Assembly: GCA_964454175.1 (NCBI GenBank)
Contig: CAYVSA010000019.1
Location: 19,918-30,810 of the forward strand
Source of the DNA: an uncultured Pseudomonadota bacterium
GTDB taxonomy: Bacteria; BMS3Abin14
Reading direction: 5' to 3'
DNA: 10,893 bases
The position numbers and the translations under genes were made by a program. The notes under the pieces are model-generated. The model did no database searches. It was not told the DNA's origin and saw nothing but the letters and a program-made list of their open reading frames with translations. This document shows, in pieces, positions 1 through 8,091 of the stretch (position 1 is its first letter; each line of letters opens with the position of its first letter).

Positions 1-21
1 AATATAATAATATATTAATAT
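1..21. promoter_or_regulatory. AT-only inverted repeat, possible repressor operator/promoter of the DUF2892-MMPL operon
   Basis: AATATA-ataa-TATATT (1-16) overlaps the palindrome ATATTAATAT (12-21), about 40 nt upstream of the start codon. It is truncated by the window edge. Confidence 0.3.
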
Positions 22-61
22 CACAACACGCTAATAACAACCCCACACAATGGAGGAACAA

Positions 62-265
62 ATGAATATCGATCGAACTGTTTTCGCGTTTGCCGGATCA
101 ATGATCATGATCAGCCTGATTCTGGGCTACTTCGTAAGCCCTTACTGGCTGCTGCTGGCAGCTTTTGTGGGTCTCAACATGTTTCAGGCAGCTTTCACCC
201 GTTTCTGCCCAATGGCTATTTTCCTCAAGAAGCTCGGCTTAAAGCCGGGCGAAGCATTCAAATAG
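62..265 (+). CDS. DUF2892 / YgaP-like small inner-membrane protein (67 aa)
   Basis: Two hydrophobic helices followed by 'FVGLNMFQAAFTRFCP', the typical DUF2892 pattern with its conserved Cys-Pro. GGAGG at 52-56 lies 5 nt before the ATG at 62, so 62 is preferred over the ORF-track start at 50. Confidence 0.85.
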   Translation: MNIDRTVFAFAGSMIMISLILGYFVSPYWLLLAAFVGLNMFQAAFTRFCPMAIFLKKLGLKPGEAFK

Positions 266-277
266 GCGGCCTTCCCC

Positions 278-2932
278 ATGATGATCCTTTCTAAAACCGG
301 GGCCCAACGGCCCAGGGCCACATTCCGTGTTGTCTGCATTATCAGCATCCTGCTGGTTCTGCTGGTTGCACTCCCCACATTGATGCCGGGGCCATTTTCA
401 TTTCTCCATCCCCTGGCAATCGACACAGATCCGGAGAACATGCTCGAAGCCCATGAACCGGCCAGGGTTTTTCACAACCAGATGAAGAGCGAATTCGGCC
501 TCTATGACATGGTCGTGGTTGGAGTCATCGACACAAAACATCCTGACGGCGTGTTCAATGTTGATACTCTGCGCAATGTTTACAACCTGACTGAATACGC
601 CCGCACTCTCCAGTGGGAGAAGAACGGCATCAGCCAGGGAGTGATCGGAGTGGACCTCATAGCTCCTTCCACGGTGGACAATATTGAGCAGGCCGGACTG
701 GGCACTGTGCGTTTCCAGTGGCTAATGAGTTCCCCGCCCGAGACAGAAAAGGAAGCCCGGGAGATAGCAGACAAGGCAAGCCGCATTCCATTTCTTGATG
801 ACACCCTTATCTCGAAAGACCGTAAGGCCCTTGCCCTTTACATACCGATCACATCCAAGGACATCAGCTACGAGGTTGCCTCAATGCTGAAGGACAAGCT
901 GGCTTCCTTCTCTGGAAGTGAGGAGTATCATATAACCGGTCTACCCATTGCCCAGGACCAGTTCGGGATAGAGATGTTCAAGCAGATGGCTATTTCTGCG
1001 CCCCTGGCAATGCTCCTTATCTTCGGACTTATGTGGCTATTCTTCCGCCACGTGAGATTGATAATCTCACCAATGATAGTAGCAGTTTTCTCCGTCATCG
1101 ATACCATGGGGCTTCTGATTGCCAGCGGCAATACGATTCACATCATGAGTTCCATGATACCCATTTTTATTATGCCCATTGCGGTACTGGATGCGGTCCA
1201 CATACTTTCTGAGTTTTTCGATCGCTACCCACAGATCCAGGACCGGGAAAAAACACTTAACCTGGTGATGGAAGACCTTAACAAACCAATGTTGTTTACC
1301 TCTTTGACTACAAGCGTCGGTTTCGCGTCCCTTACTCTGACACCAATACCACCCGTGCAGATTTTTGGCCTGTTCGTAGGGCTTGGGGTCATATTTGCCT
1401 GGATCCTGACTGTTACGCTGATCCCGGCTTACATCATGCTGATGCCCGAATCGTCTCTGGCTGGGTTCGGCAATCCCCATGAGTATAACGAAGAAAAAGG
1501 GACCTCCCTGCTCGCCCGTTTACTGGCCGGGACTGGTAGGTTTGCTTTTAACAGGGTCAAGCTCATTCTCGTATCCCTCCTGATATTTGGAGGCGTTGCA
1601 GTGTACGGCATCACTCGGATCCAGATAAACGACAATCCTGTAAAGTGGTTCACCAGCAGCCACGAGATACGCATTGCAGACAGGGCGCTTAACGACCGAT
1701 TCGGCGGAACTTACATGGCATATTTGACCCTTTCTGCCGAAAAGACCAATGAGGGATCTGCTGATGCGGTTAATTACCTCAGGGCAAAACTCACTGCCAT
1801 GCCCGATCAGGTGGCAAAACCACTGGTTGCAGCTTTTGACAAAGATATCGCTGCCGGCCTTACGATAAATAAGGACATCATTGCGGACCTTTCCGACAGA
1901 GCGCAGAAGTTGCAGGACGAGGCGATTGACGATGCTTCATGGGACGCCTGGGATAGTGCTCTCCTTTCCCTCAGCAAACTCGCCCAGAAAGACGAGATAT
2001 TCAAGAAGCCGGAACTGCTTCACTATGTCGAACGACTTCAGGAATACCTCGCAGAAACCGGCCTTGTGGGCAAAAGCAACAGCCTTGCCGACATCGTAAA
2101 GACCGTTCACAGGGAACTTCTCCTGGGTAAGGACGAGGAGTTCAAGATCCCGCAGACGTCTGCCGCTGTGGCCCAGACCTTGATCACATATCAGAACAGC
2201 CACCGCCCCCAGGATCTGTGGCACTTTGTGACCCCCGACTACACCCGGACCAATCTCTGGCTTCAGCTCACCAGCGGCGATAATGTTGATATGAAACGTG
2301 TGATAGATGCCGTTGACAGCTTTTTCAGCAAAAACCCACCGCCTGCCCCGCTGAACTACGATTGGTTTGGACTCACCTATATCAACGTGATATGGCAGCA
2401 AAAGATGGTCTCTGGAATGCTCAACGCGTTTCTCGGCAGTTTTTTGATCGTGCTCGCCATGATGGCATTTTTGTTCCGCTCATTCTGGTGGGGGCTCCTC
2501 TCCATGGTCCCCCTCACGATGACGATAATCATGATCTATGGGCTCATCGGACTTATCGGGAAAGACTACGACATGCCCGTGGCGGTCCTTTCATCGCTGA
2601 GCCTCGGGCTTGCCGTTGACTACGCAATACACTTCCTGGCCCGCAGCAGGGCTCTGAGGGAGGAGCATCAGTCCTGGAGGGAAACAGCAGCAGCCGTGTT
2701 CGGAGAACCAGCCCAGAGCATTACGCGGAATGTGATCGTCATTGGCGTAGGATTCCTGCCCCTGCTGGCGGCTCCCCTGGTACCTTACAAGACGGTGGGA
2801 GTGTTCATATCGGCGATTCTCGTACTGGCTGGCGTCGCCACGCTGATAATCCTGCCTGCGCTGATAACTCTTTTTGAAAAACGCCTGTTTAAAGGATTTG
2901 ATCCCACTGAAGGAGAAGGTGAAGGAACATGA
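278..2932 (+). CDS. MMPL-family / RND-superfamily inner-membrane transporter (884 aa)
   Basis: Two repeats of one TM helix, a large periplasmic loop and five TM helices. RND-type acidic TM motifs 'IAVLDAVHIL' and 'GLAVDYAIHFL' are present, plus 'PMLFTSLTTSVGFASL', typical of MMPL domains. The exact start is uncertain because the RBS is weak. Confidence 0.9.
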   Translation: MMILSKTGAQRPRATFRVVCIISILLVLLVALPTLMPGPFSFLHPLAIDTDPENMLEAHEPARVFHNQMKSEFGLYDMVVVGVIDTKHPDGVFNVDTLRNVYNLTEYARTLQWEKNGISQGVIGVDLIAPSTVDNIEQAGLGTVRFQWLMSSPPETEKEAREIADKASRIPFLDDTLISKDRKALALYIPITSKDISYEVASMLKDKLASFSGSEEYHITGLPIAQDQFGIEMFKQMAISAPLAMLLIFGLMWLFFRHVRLIISPMIVAVFSVIDTMGLLIASGNTIHIMSSMIPIFIMPIAVLDAVHILSEFFDRYPQIQDREKTLNLVMEDLNKPMLFTSLTTSVGFASLTLTPIPPVQIFGLFVGLGVIFAWILTVTLIPAYIMLMPESSLAGFGNPHEYNEEKGTSLLARLLAGTGRFAFNRVKLILVSLLIFGGVAVYGITRIQINDNPVKWFTSSHEIRIADRALNDRFGGTYMAYLTLSAEKTNEGSADAVNYLRAKLTAMPDQVAKPLVAAFDKDIAAGLTINKDIIADLSDRAQKLQDEAIDDASWDAWDSALLSLSKLAQKDEIFKKPELLHYVERLQEYLAETGLVGKSNSLADIVKTVHRELLLGKDEEFKIPQTSAAVAQTLITYQNSHRPQDLWHFVTPDYTRTNLWLQLTSGDNVDMKRVIDAVDSFFSKNPPPAPLNYDWFGLTYINVIWQQKMVSGMLNAFLGSFLIVLAMMAFLFRSFWWGLLSMVPLTMTIIMIYGLIGLIGKDYDMPVAVLSSLSLGLAVDYAIHFLARSRALREEHQSWRETAAAVFGEPAQSITRNVIVIGVGFLPLLAAPLVPYKTVGVFISAILVLAGVATLIILPALITLFEKRLFKGFDPTEGEGEGT

Positions 2933-3723
2933 AAAACCTGATCATTACACTAGCAGCCGCTGCTGCGATAATATCTCTTTCCGGTCCAGCTTTTTGTATG
3001 GACGCTAAAGAGGTCGTAGCCAGGGCAAATCATGCATCCTACTATCAAGGCAAGGACGGCAAGGCCTCGGTGCACATGTCCATCGTCGACGGCGAGGGAC
3101 GGGAGCGAACCCGGGATTTTGTGATCATCAGGACGGATGTTGATGACAAAGTGGATACCGAGCAGAAGTTCTATGTTTTCTTCAGGCGGCCCGCTGATGT
3201 CTCCAGGACAGCTTTTATGGTGTGGAAGCACCCGGGCGCGGATGACGACCGATGGATGTACCTGCCGGCCCTCGACCTGGTAAAAAGGATAGCTGCCAGC
3301 GATGAGCGGACCAGCTTTATGGGTTCTCACTTCTTCTACGAAGATGTATCCGGCAGAAACCCGGAAGAGGACGAGCACAAACTTGCCGAGACTACTGAAA
3401 ATTTTTTCGTTCTGGACAGTACACCCAAGGACAGGAGCAAGGTAGAGTTTGCCCGCTATCGCACCTGGATACACAATAAGACCTTCATTCCTGTCAAGAG
3501 TCAGTTCTTTGACGATTCCGACAAACCCTACCGATCATACGAGGCTCTGAAGGTTGAAACGGTCGATGGCTATCCCACAGTTACGAAATCCCGTATGAGC
3601 GACAGCCGCATTGGCGGGCAGACCACAATTGACTACCGAAATGTAAAGTATGATATCTCCTTGCCGGACAATATTTTCACCGAAAGGTATTTGAGAAATG
3701 CACCTCGTAAATACCTTCGCTAG
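2929..3723 (+). CDS. LolA-like 'outer membrane lipoprotein-sorting' periplasmic protein (264 aa)
   Basis: N-terminal signal peptide (MKNLIITLAAAAAIISLSGPAFC) and family motifs 'DDDRWMYLPALDLVKRIA...SFMGSHFFYED' and 'IFTERYL'. ATGA overlap with the MMPL stop codon, preceded by a purine-rich RBS (GAAGGA). Confidence 0.85.
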   Translation: MKNLIITLAAAAAIISLSGPAFCMDAKEVVARANHASYYQGKDGKASVHMSIVDGEGRERTRDFVIIRTDVDDKVDTEQKFYVFFRRPADVSRTAFMVWKHPGADDDRWMYLPALDLVKRIAASDERTSFMGSHFFYEDVSGRNPEEDEHKLAETTENFFVLDSTPKDRSKVEFARYRTWIHNKTFIPVKSQFFDDSDKPYRSYEALKVETVDGYPTVTKSRMSDSRIGGQTTIDYRNVKYDISLPDNIFTERYLRNAPRKYLR

Positions 3724-5137
3724 ATCTACGGCCGTATTATTGGTCCTCTGTCTCATGCTGTCTGCGGGGGCTGGTGGCGCCCTCGCAGATGAGCCTGAGC
3801 TGCCTGCCGGCCTGTTTGGGGGGTCATCACCCTCCGGCTCTGACACCGGGACAGAGCCAGGGCTCCCATCCGGCCTGGGAGATATAGGGACAGGTAAGGC
3901 CACAGACCGTGATGCGGTGTCAGAGCAAAACATTCCCACCGATTTCCAGGGCTTTGAAGAAGCCCGTTTTGGACTGCGTACCGGCAATGACCCGGATCAG
4001 GCCGACGCTGTTCTCAGGGAAACCAGGGTTCAGCTGTCGTTGGGGAAAGACGGGGAAACTACAACTTACCGTCTCACTGCCGACCTGCTCTACGACGGAC
4101 TGGCAGAGGGATTAAAAGTCGACCTTGACGAAGGAACGGGATGGATCGACATCAGGGAAGCAAGTATTCTCATTAGAGCTGCTGTCTGGGCCGACATCAA
4201 GGCAGGCAGACAGATATTAACCTGGGGAACCGGAGATCTCATTTTTATAAACGATCTGTTTCCCAAGGACTGGAACTCCTTTTTCTCCGGCCGGGATCTT
4301 GAGTACCTCAAGGCGCCCTCAGACGCCGTGAAAGTTTCCGTGTTCAGCGAGTCCGCGAACCTTGATATCATCTACACACCCGTGTTCGACCCCGATCGTT
4401 TCATCGATGGTCGTCGAATATCGTATTACAACTCTTCACAGGGCGCTGTGGTGGGCAGAAGTGTACCTGTCCTTACTGACAGGCCAAAGGACGCTTTCGA
4501 GGACGACGAGATCGCCCTTCGCCTCTACCGTAACCTTGGTTCCTGGGAAGCGGCCCTGTACGGCTACCAGGGGTTCTGGAAGAGTCCTAACGGGAGTGAC
4601 CAGACAACGGGACTATCCATTTTTCCCCGCTTAACCGTCCTCGGAGCAAGTTTCAGGGGGCCTGCCGCGGGCGGGATCAGTCACGCAGAGATCGGATACT
4701 ACAACAGCAAAGACGATGGAAACGGGAGCGACCCCTTCATCCGAAACAGCGAATGGAGAGTTCTGGTGGGTTTTGAGAGGGAACTAATGTCGGAACTCAC
4801 AGGCGCATTCCAGTATTATCTTGAGCATATGGCTGATCACAACGCCTACATCGCCGCACTTCCCAGCAGTTCGCCGGCCAAGGACGAGAACCGCCACGTT
4901 ATAACCCTGCGGCTCACACGCCTCCTCATGCACCAGAATTTGATATTGTCCCTGTTTAACTTTTACAGCCCTGGTGACGAGGATGGCTATCTCAGGGCAG
5001 GCGGTACATATAAGGTGTCGGACTCCTGGCAGGTGGATGCCGGCGGTAATTTCCTTTACGGAAAAGAAAATCATACCTTTTTCGGACAGTTCCAGGACGC
5101 CTCCAACCTGTATGCCGGCCTCAGGTACAGCTTCTAG
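3698..5137 (+). CDS. Probable outer-membrane beta-barrel protein (DUF1302-like neighbourhood), hypothetical
   Basis: Signal peptide ending ...GALA-D, a Pro/Gly-rich linker, the 'DIKAGRQILTWGTGD' motif common in such porin-like barrels, alternating amphipathic strands and a C-terminal aromatic BAM-type signal (LYAGLRYSF). The start overlaps the upstream gene by 26 nt and is uncertain. Confidence 0.7.
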   Translation: MHLVNTFARSTAVLLVLCLMLSAGAGGALADEPELPAGLFGGSSPSGSDTGTEPGLPSGLGDIGTGKATDRDAVSEQNIPTDFQGFEEARFGLRTGNDPDQADAVLRETRVQLSLGKDGETTTYRLTADLLYDGLAEGLKVDLDEGTGWIDIREASILIRAAVWADIKAGRQILTWGTGDLIFINDLFPKDWNSFFSGRDLEYLKAPSDAVKVSVFSESANLDIIYTPVFDPDRFIDGRRISYYNSSQGAVVGRSVPVLTDRPKDAFEDDEIALRLYRNLGSWEAALYGYQGFWKSPNGSDQTTGLSIFPRLTVLGASFRGPAAGGISHAEIGYYNSKDDGNGSDPFIRNSEWRVLVGFERELMSELTGAFQYYLEHMADHNAYIAALPSSSPAKDENRHVITLRLTRLLMHQNLILSLFNFYSPGDEDGYLRAGGTYKVSDSWQVDAGGNFLYGKENHTFFGQFQDASNLYAGLRYSF

Positions 5138-5199
5138 CTCCTGGATCACCAGAGTAAAATTAGCTGCCCCTGGACTAATTGCAGAGTGGTGTTCGAACA

Positions 5200-5283
5200 A
5201 ATTGTTTACGTTGGACGTTGGTCGTTGGACGTTGGACGGTGAATTGTTCACGTTGGACATTGGACGTTGGGCGTTGGACACTG
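5200..5283. repeat. Heptamer (ACGTTGG) tandem tract nested in a 42-bp direct duplication
   Basis: 5200-5241 is aattgttt-acgttgg-acgttgg-tcgttgg-acgttgg-acggtg. 5242-5283 is aattgttc-acgttgg-acattgg-acgttgg-gcgttgg-acactg. Read directly from the sequence. Confidence 0.95.
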
Positions 5284-5421
5284 TCTTACGGTGTCAGAGC
5301 AAAAACTCCTAAAGTTCCGACCACATTGTCACAACTTCCTTCACAATGCGCCTTCCCAAAGGTAAACGGCTGGTGATAGATTGTAATGGATACTCGATCA
5401 AGGCCTGCCCTGGAGAGGTGC

Positions 5422-7032
5422 ATGGAAAGAACAAAAATCCTGAAAAAATTAAAGCGGGATGAACCGTTTGATCTATTGGTCATCGGGGGTGGTGCGACCG
5501 GATGCGGAGTCGCGCTTGACGCCGCAAGCAGGGGCCTTTCAGTCGCGCTTGTGGAAAAGAACGATTTCGGAGAGGGCACAAGCTCCAGGAGCACCAAATT
5601 ACTTCACGGAGGTGTGAGATATCTCGAGATGGCCGTGAAGCATCTCGATCGCAGCCAGTATCATCTTGTTAGAGACGCGCTCAGGGAACGGGACATTCTT
5701 CTCAGAATTGCCCCTCACCTGTCCCGCCGTATTTCACTGGTAACACCCATCTATAAGTGGCTGAAAGTACCCTACATCTTCGCAGGCCTGAAGATTTATG
5801 ACCTCCTGGCGGGGACCAAGGGGATCGGGCAAAGCAGGTTGATGGGGTCCAAAAACGCCCTGAAACGCTTCCCCATGCTTCATGCCGAGGGTCTGAAGGC
5901 TGGTGTTTTATATTACGATGGTCAGTTCAACGATGCCAGAATGGTCATCTCCATTGCCCTGACCGCAGCAAAGTACGGAGCTATTATAGCAAATCACGTA
6001 GACGTTACAGGCTTTATCAAGAAGGGAACAACTTTAACCGGAGCAGTTGTAACTGACTCAATAACGGGAGAGTCATGGGATATAACCGCCAGGACAGTCG
6101 TCAATGCGACTGGGCCTTTTACTGACATTATTAGAACAATAGACGAACCTGCATGCCGGCCGATGCTCAAAGTAAGCTCGGGTATCCACATTGTACTCGA
6201 TAAAAAATTCGCCCCGCCGGATACGGGGCTGCTTATACCGAAGACTGAAGATGGCAGGGTACTGTTCGTATTGCCCTGGGAAGGACATGCCCTTGTGGGC
6301 ACTACTGACGAACCTGCACAGGTGTCAGAGCACCCGGAACCCACAGATGATGACGTTTCGTATCTTATACGTCACCTGAGGCGTTACTTTGATATTCAGG
6401 TGTCAGAGCAGGACGTCAAATCGGTCTGGTCGGGCCTGCGGCCCCTGATCTTCGACCCAAAGGCATCGGATACTGCAAAGCTCACAAGGGATCACGTAAT
6501 TGAAAGAAGCAGATCCGGGCTTGTTACTATCGCGGGAGGGAAGTGGACTACATACCGTAAAATGGCCCAGGACACCGTTACCTTCATCGTAAAGCATTCC
6601 GGCCTTACCCCAACAAACAGGTGCTGCACCCACCGGATACCATTGATCGGGGCTGAAAAATACAGGCAGGATGGTCCTGATCTGCTGACCGCTGAATTCG
6701 GAATCGATCCACCTGTATCACGCCATCTGTACAGAGCATATGGTGATCGCGCAGATAAAATCGCAGAAATAGCTTCCAATGGATTTTCGGAACGTCTTTT
6801 TCCGGATCACCAGTATCTGGAAGCGGAAATTGTTTATGCCGCCAGGGAGGAAATGGCTGTGAGATGTGTGGATGTCTTGTCAAGAAGGACGTCAATGGCT
6901 CTGCTTGACAGGGCAGCTGCTGCCAGGGCCATACCCAGGGTCGTTGACCTGATGGCTGAAGAGCTTGGATGGAGCCGCGATCGTTGTCATCGTGAAACCG
7001 TAATTGCAGAAGAAAGGATCAAAGTTCTGTAG
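5422..7032 (+). CDS. glpD: FAD-dependent glycerol-3-phosphate dehydrogenase/oxidase
   Basis: FAD-binding motif 'DLLVIGGGATG', plus 'GTSSRSTKLLHGGVRYL', 'WSGLRPL' and 'GGKWTTYRKMA', all hallmark GlpD motifs. GGAGAGG precedes the ATG at 5422; the alternative start is 5386. Confidence 0.92.
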   Translation: MERTKILKKLKRDEPFDLLVIGGGATGCGVALDAASRGLSVALVEKNDFGEGTSSRSTKLLHGGVRYLEMAVKHLDRSQYHLVRDALRERDILLRIAPHLSRRISLVTPIYKWLKVPYIFAGLKIYDLLAGTKGIGQSRLMGSKNALKRFPMLHAEGLKAGVLYYDGQFNDARMVISIALTAAKYGAIIANHVDVTGFIKKGTTLTGAVVTDSITGESWDITARTVVNATGPFTDIIRTIDEPACRPMLKVSSGIHIVLDKKFAPPDTGLLIPKTEDGRVLFVLPWEGHALVGTTDEPAQVSEHPEPTDDDVSYLIRHLRRYFDIQVSEQDVKSVWSGLRPLIFDPKASDTAKLTRDHVIERSRSGLVTIAGGKWTTYRKMAQDTVTFIVKHSGLTPTNRCCTHRIPLIGAEKYRQDGPDLLTAEFGIDPPVSRHLYRAYGDRADKIAEIASNGFSERLFPDHQYLEAEIVYAAREEMAVRCVDVLSRRTSMALLDRAAAARAIPRVVDLMAEELGWSRDRCHRETVIAEERIKVL

Positions 7033-7057
7033 CATGCAAATTCCCGGAAAACATATG

Positions 7058-7945
7058 TTAACCTATGTTAACTTTGTCCACGTTAACACCTTGCCTGGCC
7101 TGTCTGAATGCCAGCAAGCTGTGACACATAAGTGTTATCAGCAACAAACTTCCTCCCACAGCCGTTTCCAGGGCGGGCTTCTGACCAACAACCAACCAGA
7201 CCCAAAGCGGACCGAGAACTGTCTCAAGCAGCAGTATGAGACCGACTTCCGGCGCCGGTATCAACCTTGGTGCTATTGTCATTATTACAAGGGGAACGGG
7301 CAGAACTATGGTCCCCATTAACAACAAGGGTATGACGTCACCTCGGCTTATACTGACAGCTCCAGCCAACGGTAAAACCACGACAGCACACAATAACCCT
7401 CCAATTCCTGCGGCCGGGATCATGCTCACCCCGCGAAAGACCCTGACAATAATAAAATTAAGTGCCATGGAAAGGGAGGTCACCAATGCAAGAAGATCGC
7501 CGGCCATGGAACCATGGCCTGCACTACCCCACATGAGGATCACGATCGATAAAAGACCTGCGCATGCTGCTACCCATGTTCTCGTCGGCACAAGTTCTCG
7601 GAGCAAAAGCCTGGAAAGCACAGCTGCAAAAAGCGGGGATGCGGCAACGATCACCAATGCATTTGCGGCCGTGGTAATTGTTACAGCGGCAACAAAAGAT
7701 ATTGTGGAAGTAGCGATCAGGATGCCTACAACAACCCCACCGATACCTATCCCGGTTAGCTTCTTGAGTGTGTCAAGCCTGTAAACTGTTATCATACCGG
7801 CGAATATGGTGAGTGCAATCAGGCTGCCCCTCCAGAAAAGCAGGGTCCACCTGTCTGCAGATACAAGGTAAATGAGGAGCGTATCGGGGCTCAGGACCAG
7901 TACACCCAAAAACATCAACAAGACCCCGCGAAGATAATCCGTCAT
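7058..7945 (-). CDS. EamA/DMT-family transporter
   Basis: About 10 hydrophobic helices in two repeats, with 'APRLIPAPEVGLILLLETVLGPLWVWLVVGQKP', a typical EamA C-terminal motif. The start is either the ATG at 7945 or the TTG at 7963. Confidence 0.88.
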   Translation of the reverse strand: MTDYLRGVLLMFLGVLVLSPDTLLIYLVSADRWTLLFWRGSLIALTIFAGMITVYRLDTLKKLTGIGIGGVVVGILIATSTISFVAAVTITTAANALVIVAASPLFAAVLSRLLLRELVPTRTWVAACAGLLSIVILMWGSAGHGSMAGDLLALVTSLSMALNFIIVRVFRGVSMIPAAGIGGLLCAVVVLPLAGAVSISRGDVIPLLLMGTIVLPVPLVIMTIAPRLIPAPEVGLILLLETVLGPLWVWLVVGQKPALETAVGGSLLLITLMCHSLLAFRQARQGVNVDKVNIG

Positions 7946-8091
7946 AGATTTATCATATATCAAATTTCACGTCTTTGATAATAGCAGAGCTCATATCCAT
8001 GTTGTCAGAACAAAACAGTTGATCCCCATCTGAGTATCACCTGCAAAGAACCTTGTCTTGTTGGAGATCTGTTTTTCTCTTATACCGGAGA

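Noticed and set aside
5138-5180. Intrinsic terminator after the MMPL operon
   Set aside because: Only weak stems (CTGG/CCAG, AATTAG/CTAATT) and no poly-U tail.
5190-5199. TGTTCGAACA as a GlpR operator for glpD
   Set aside because: It resembles TGTTCG half-sites but lacks a spacer, lies over 200 bp upstream, and no glpR is visible.
5200-5283. Repeat tract as a CRISPR array
   Set aside because: The units are 7-bp tandem repeats with no unique spacers, and no cas genes are present.
4784-5376. ORFs crossing the heptamer tract (4784-5281 -, 4974-5312 +, 5179-5376 +)
   Set aside because: Their repetitive peptides (SNVQRP, WTLDVGR) are by-products of the DNA repeat, and two of them overlap the real barrel gene.
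7054-7087. Three GTTAAC hexamers at the glpD/EamA convergence
   Set aside because: Short, mostly within the EamA C-terminal codons, and no convincing terminator stem; may be chance.
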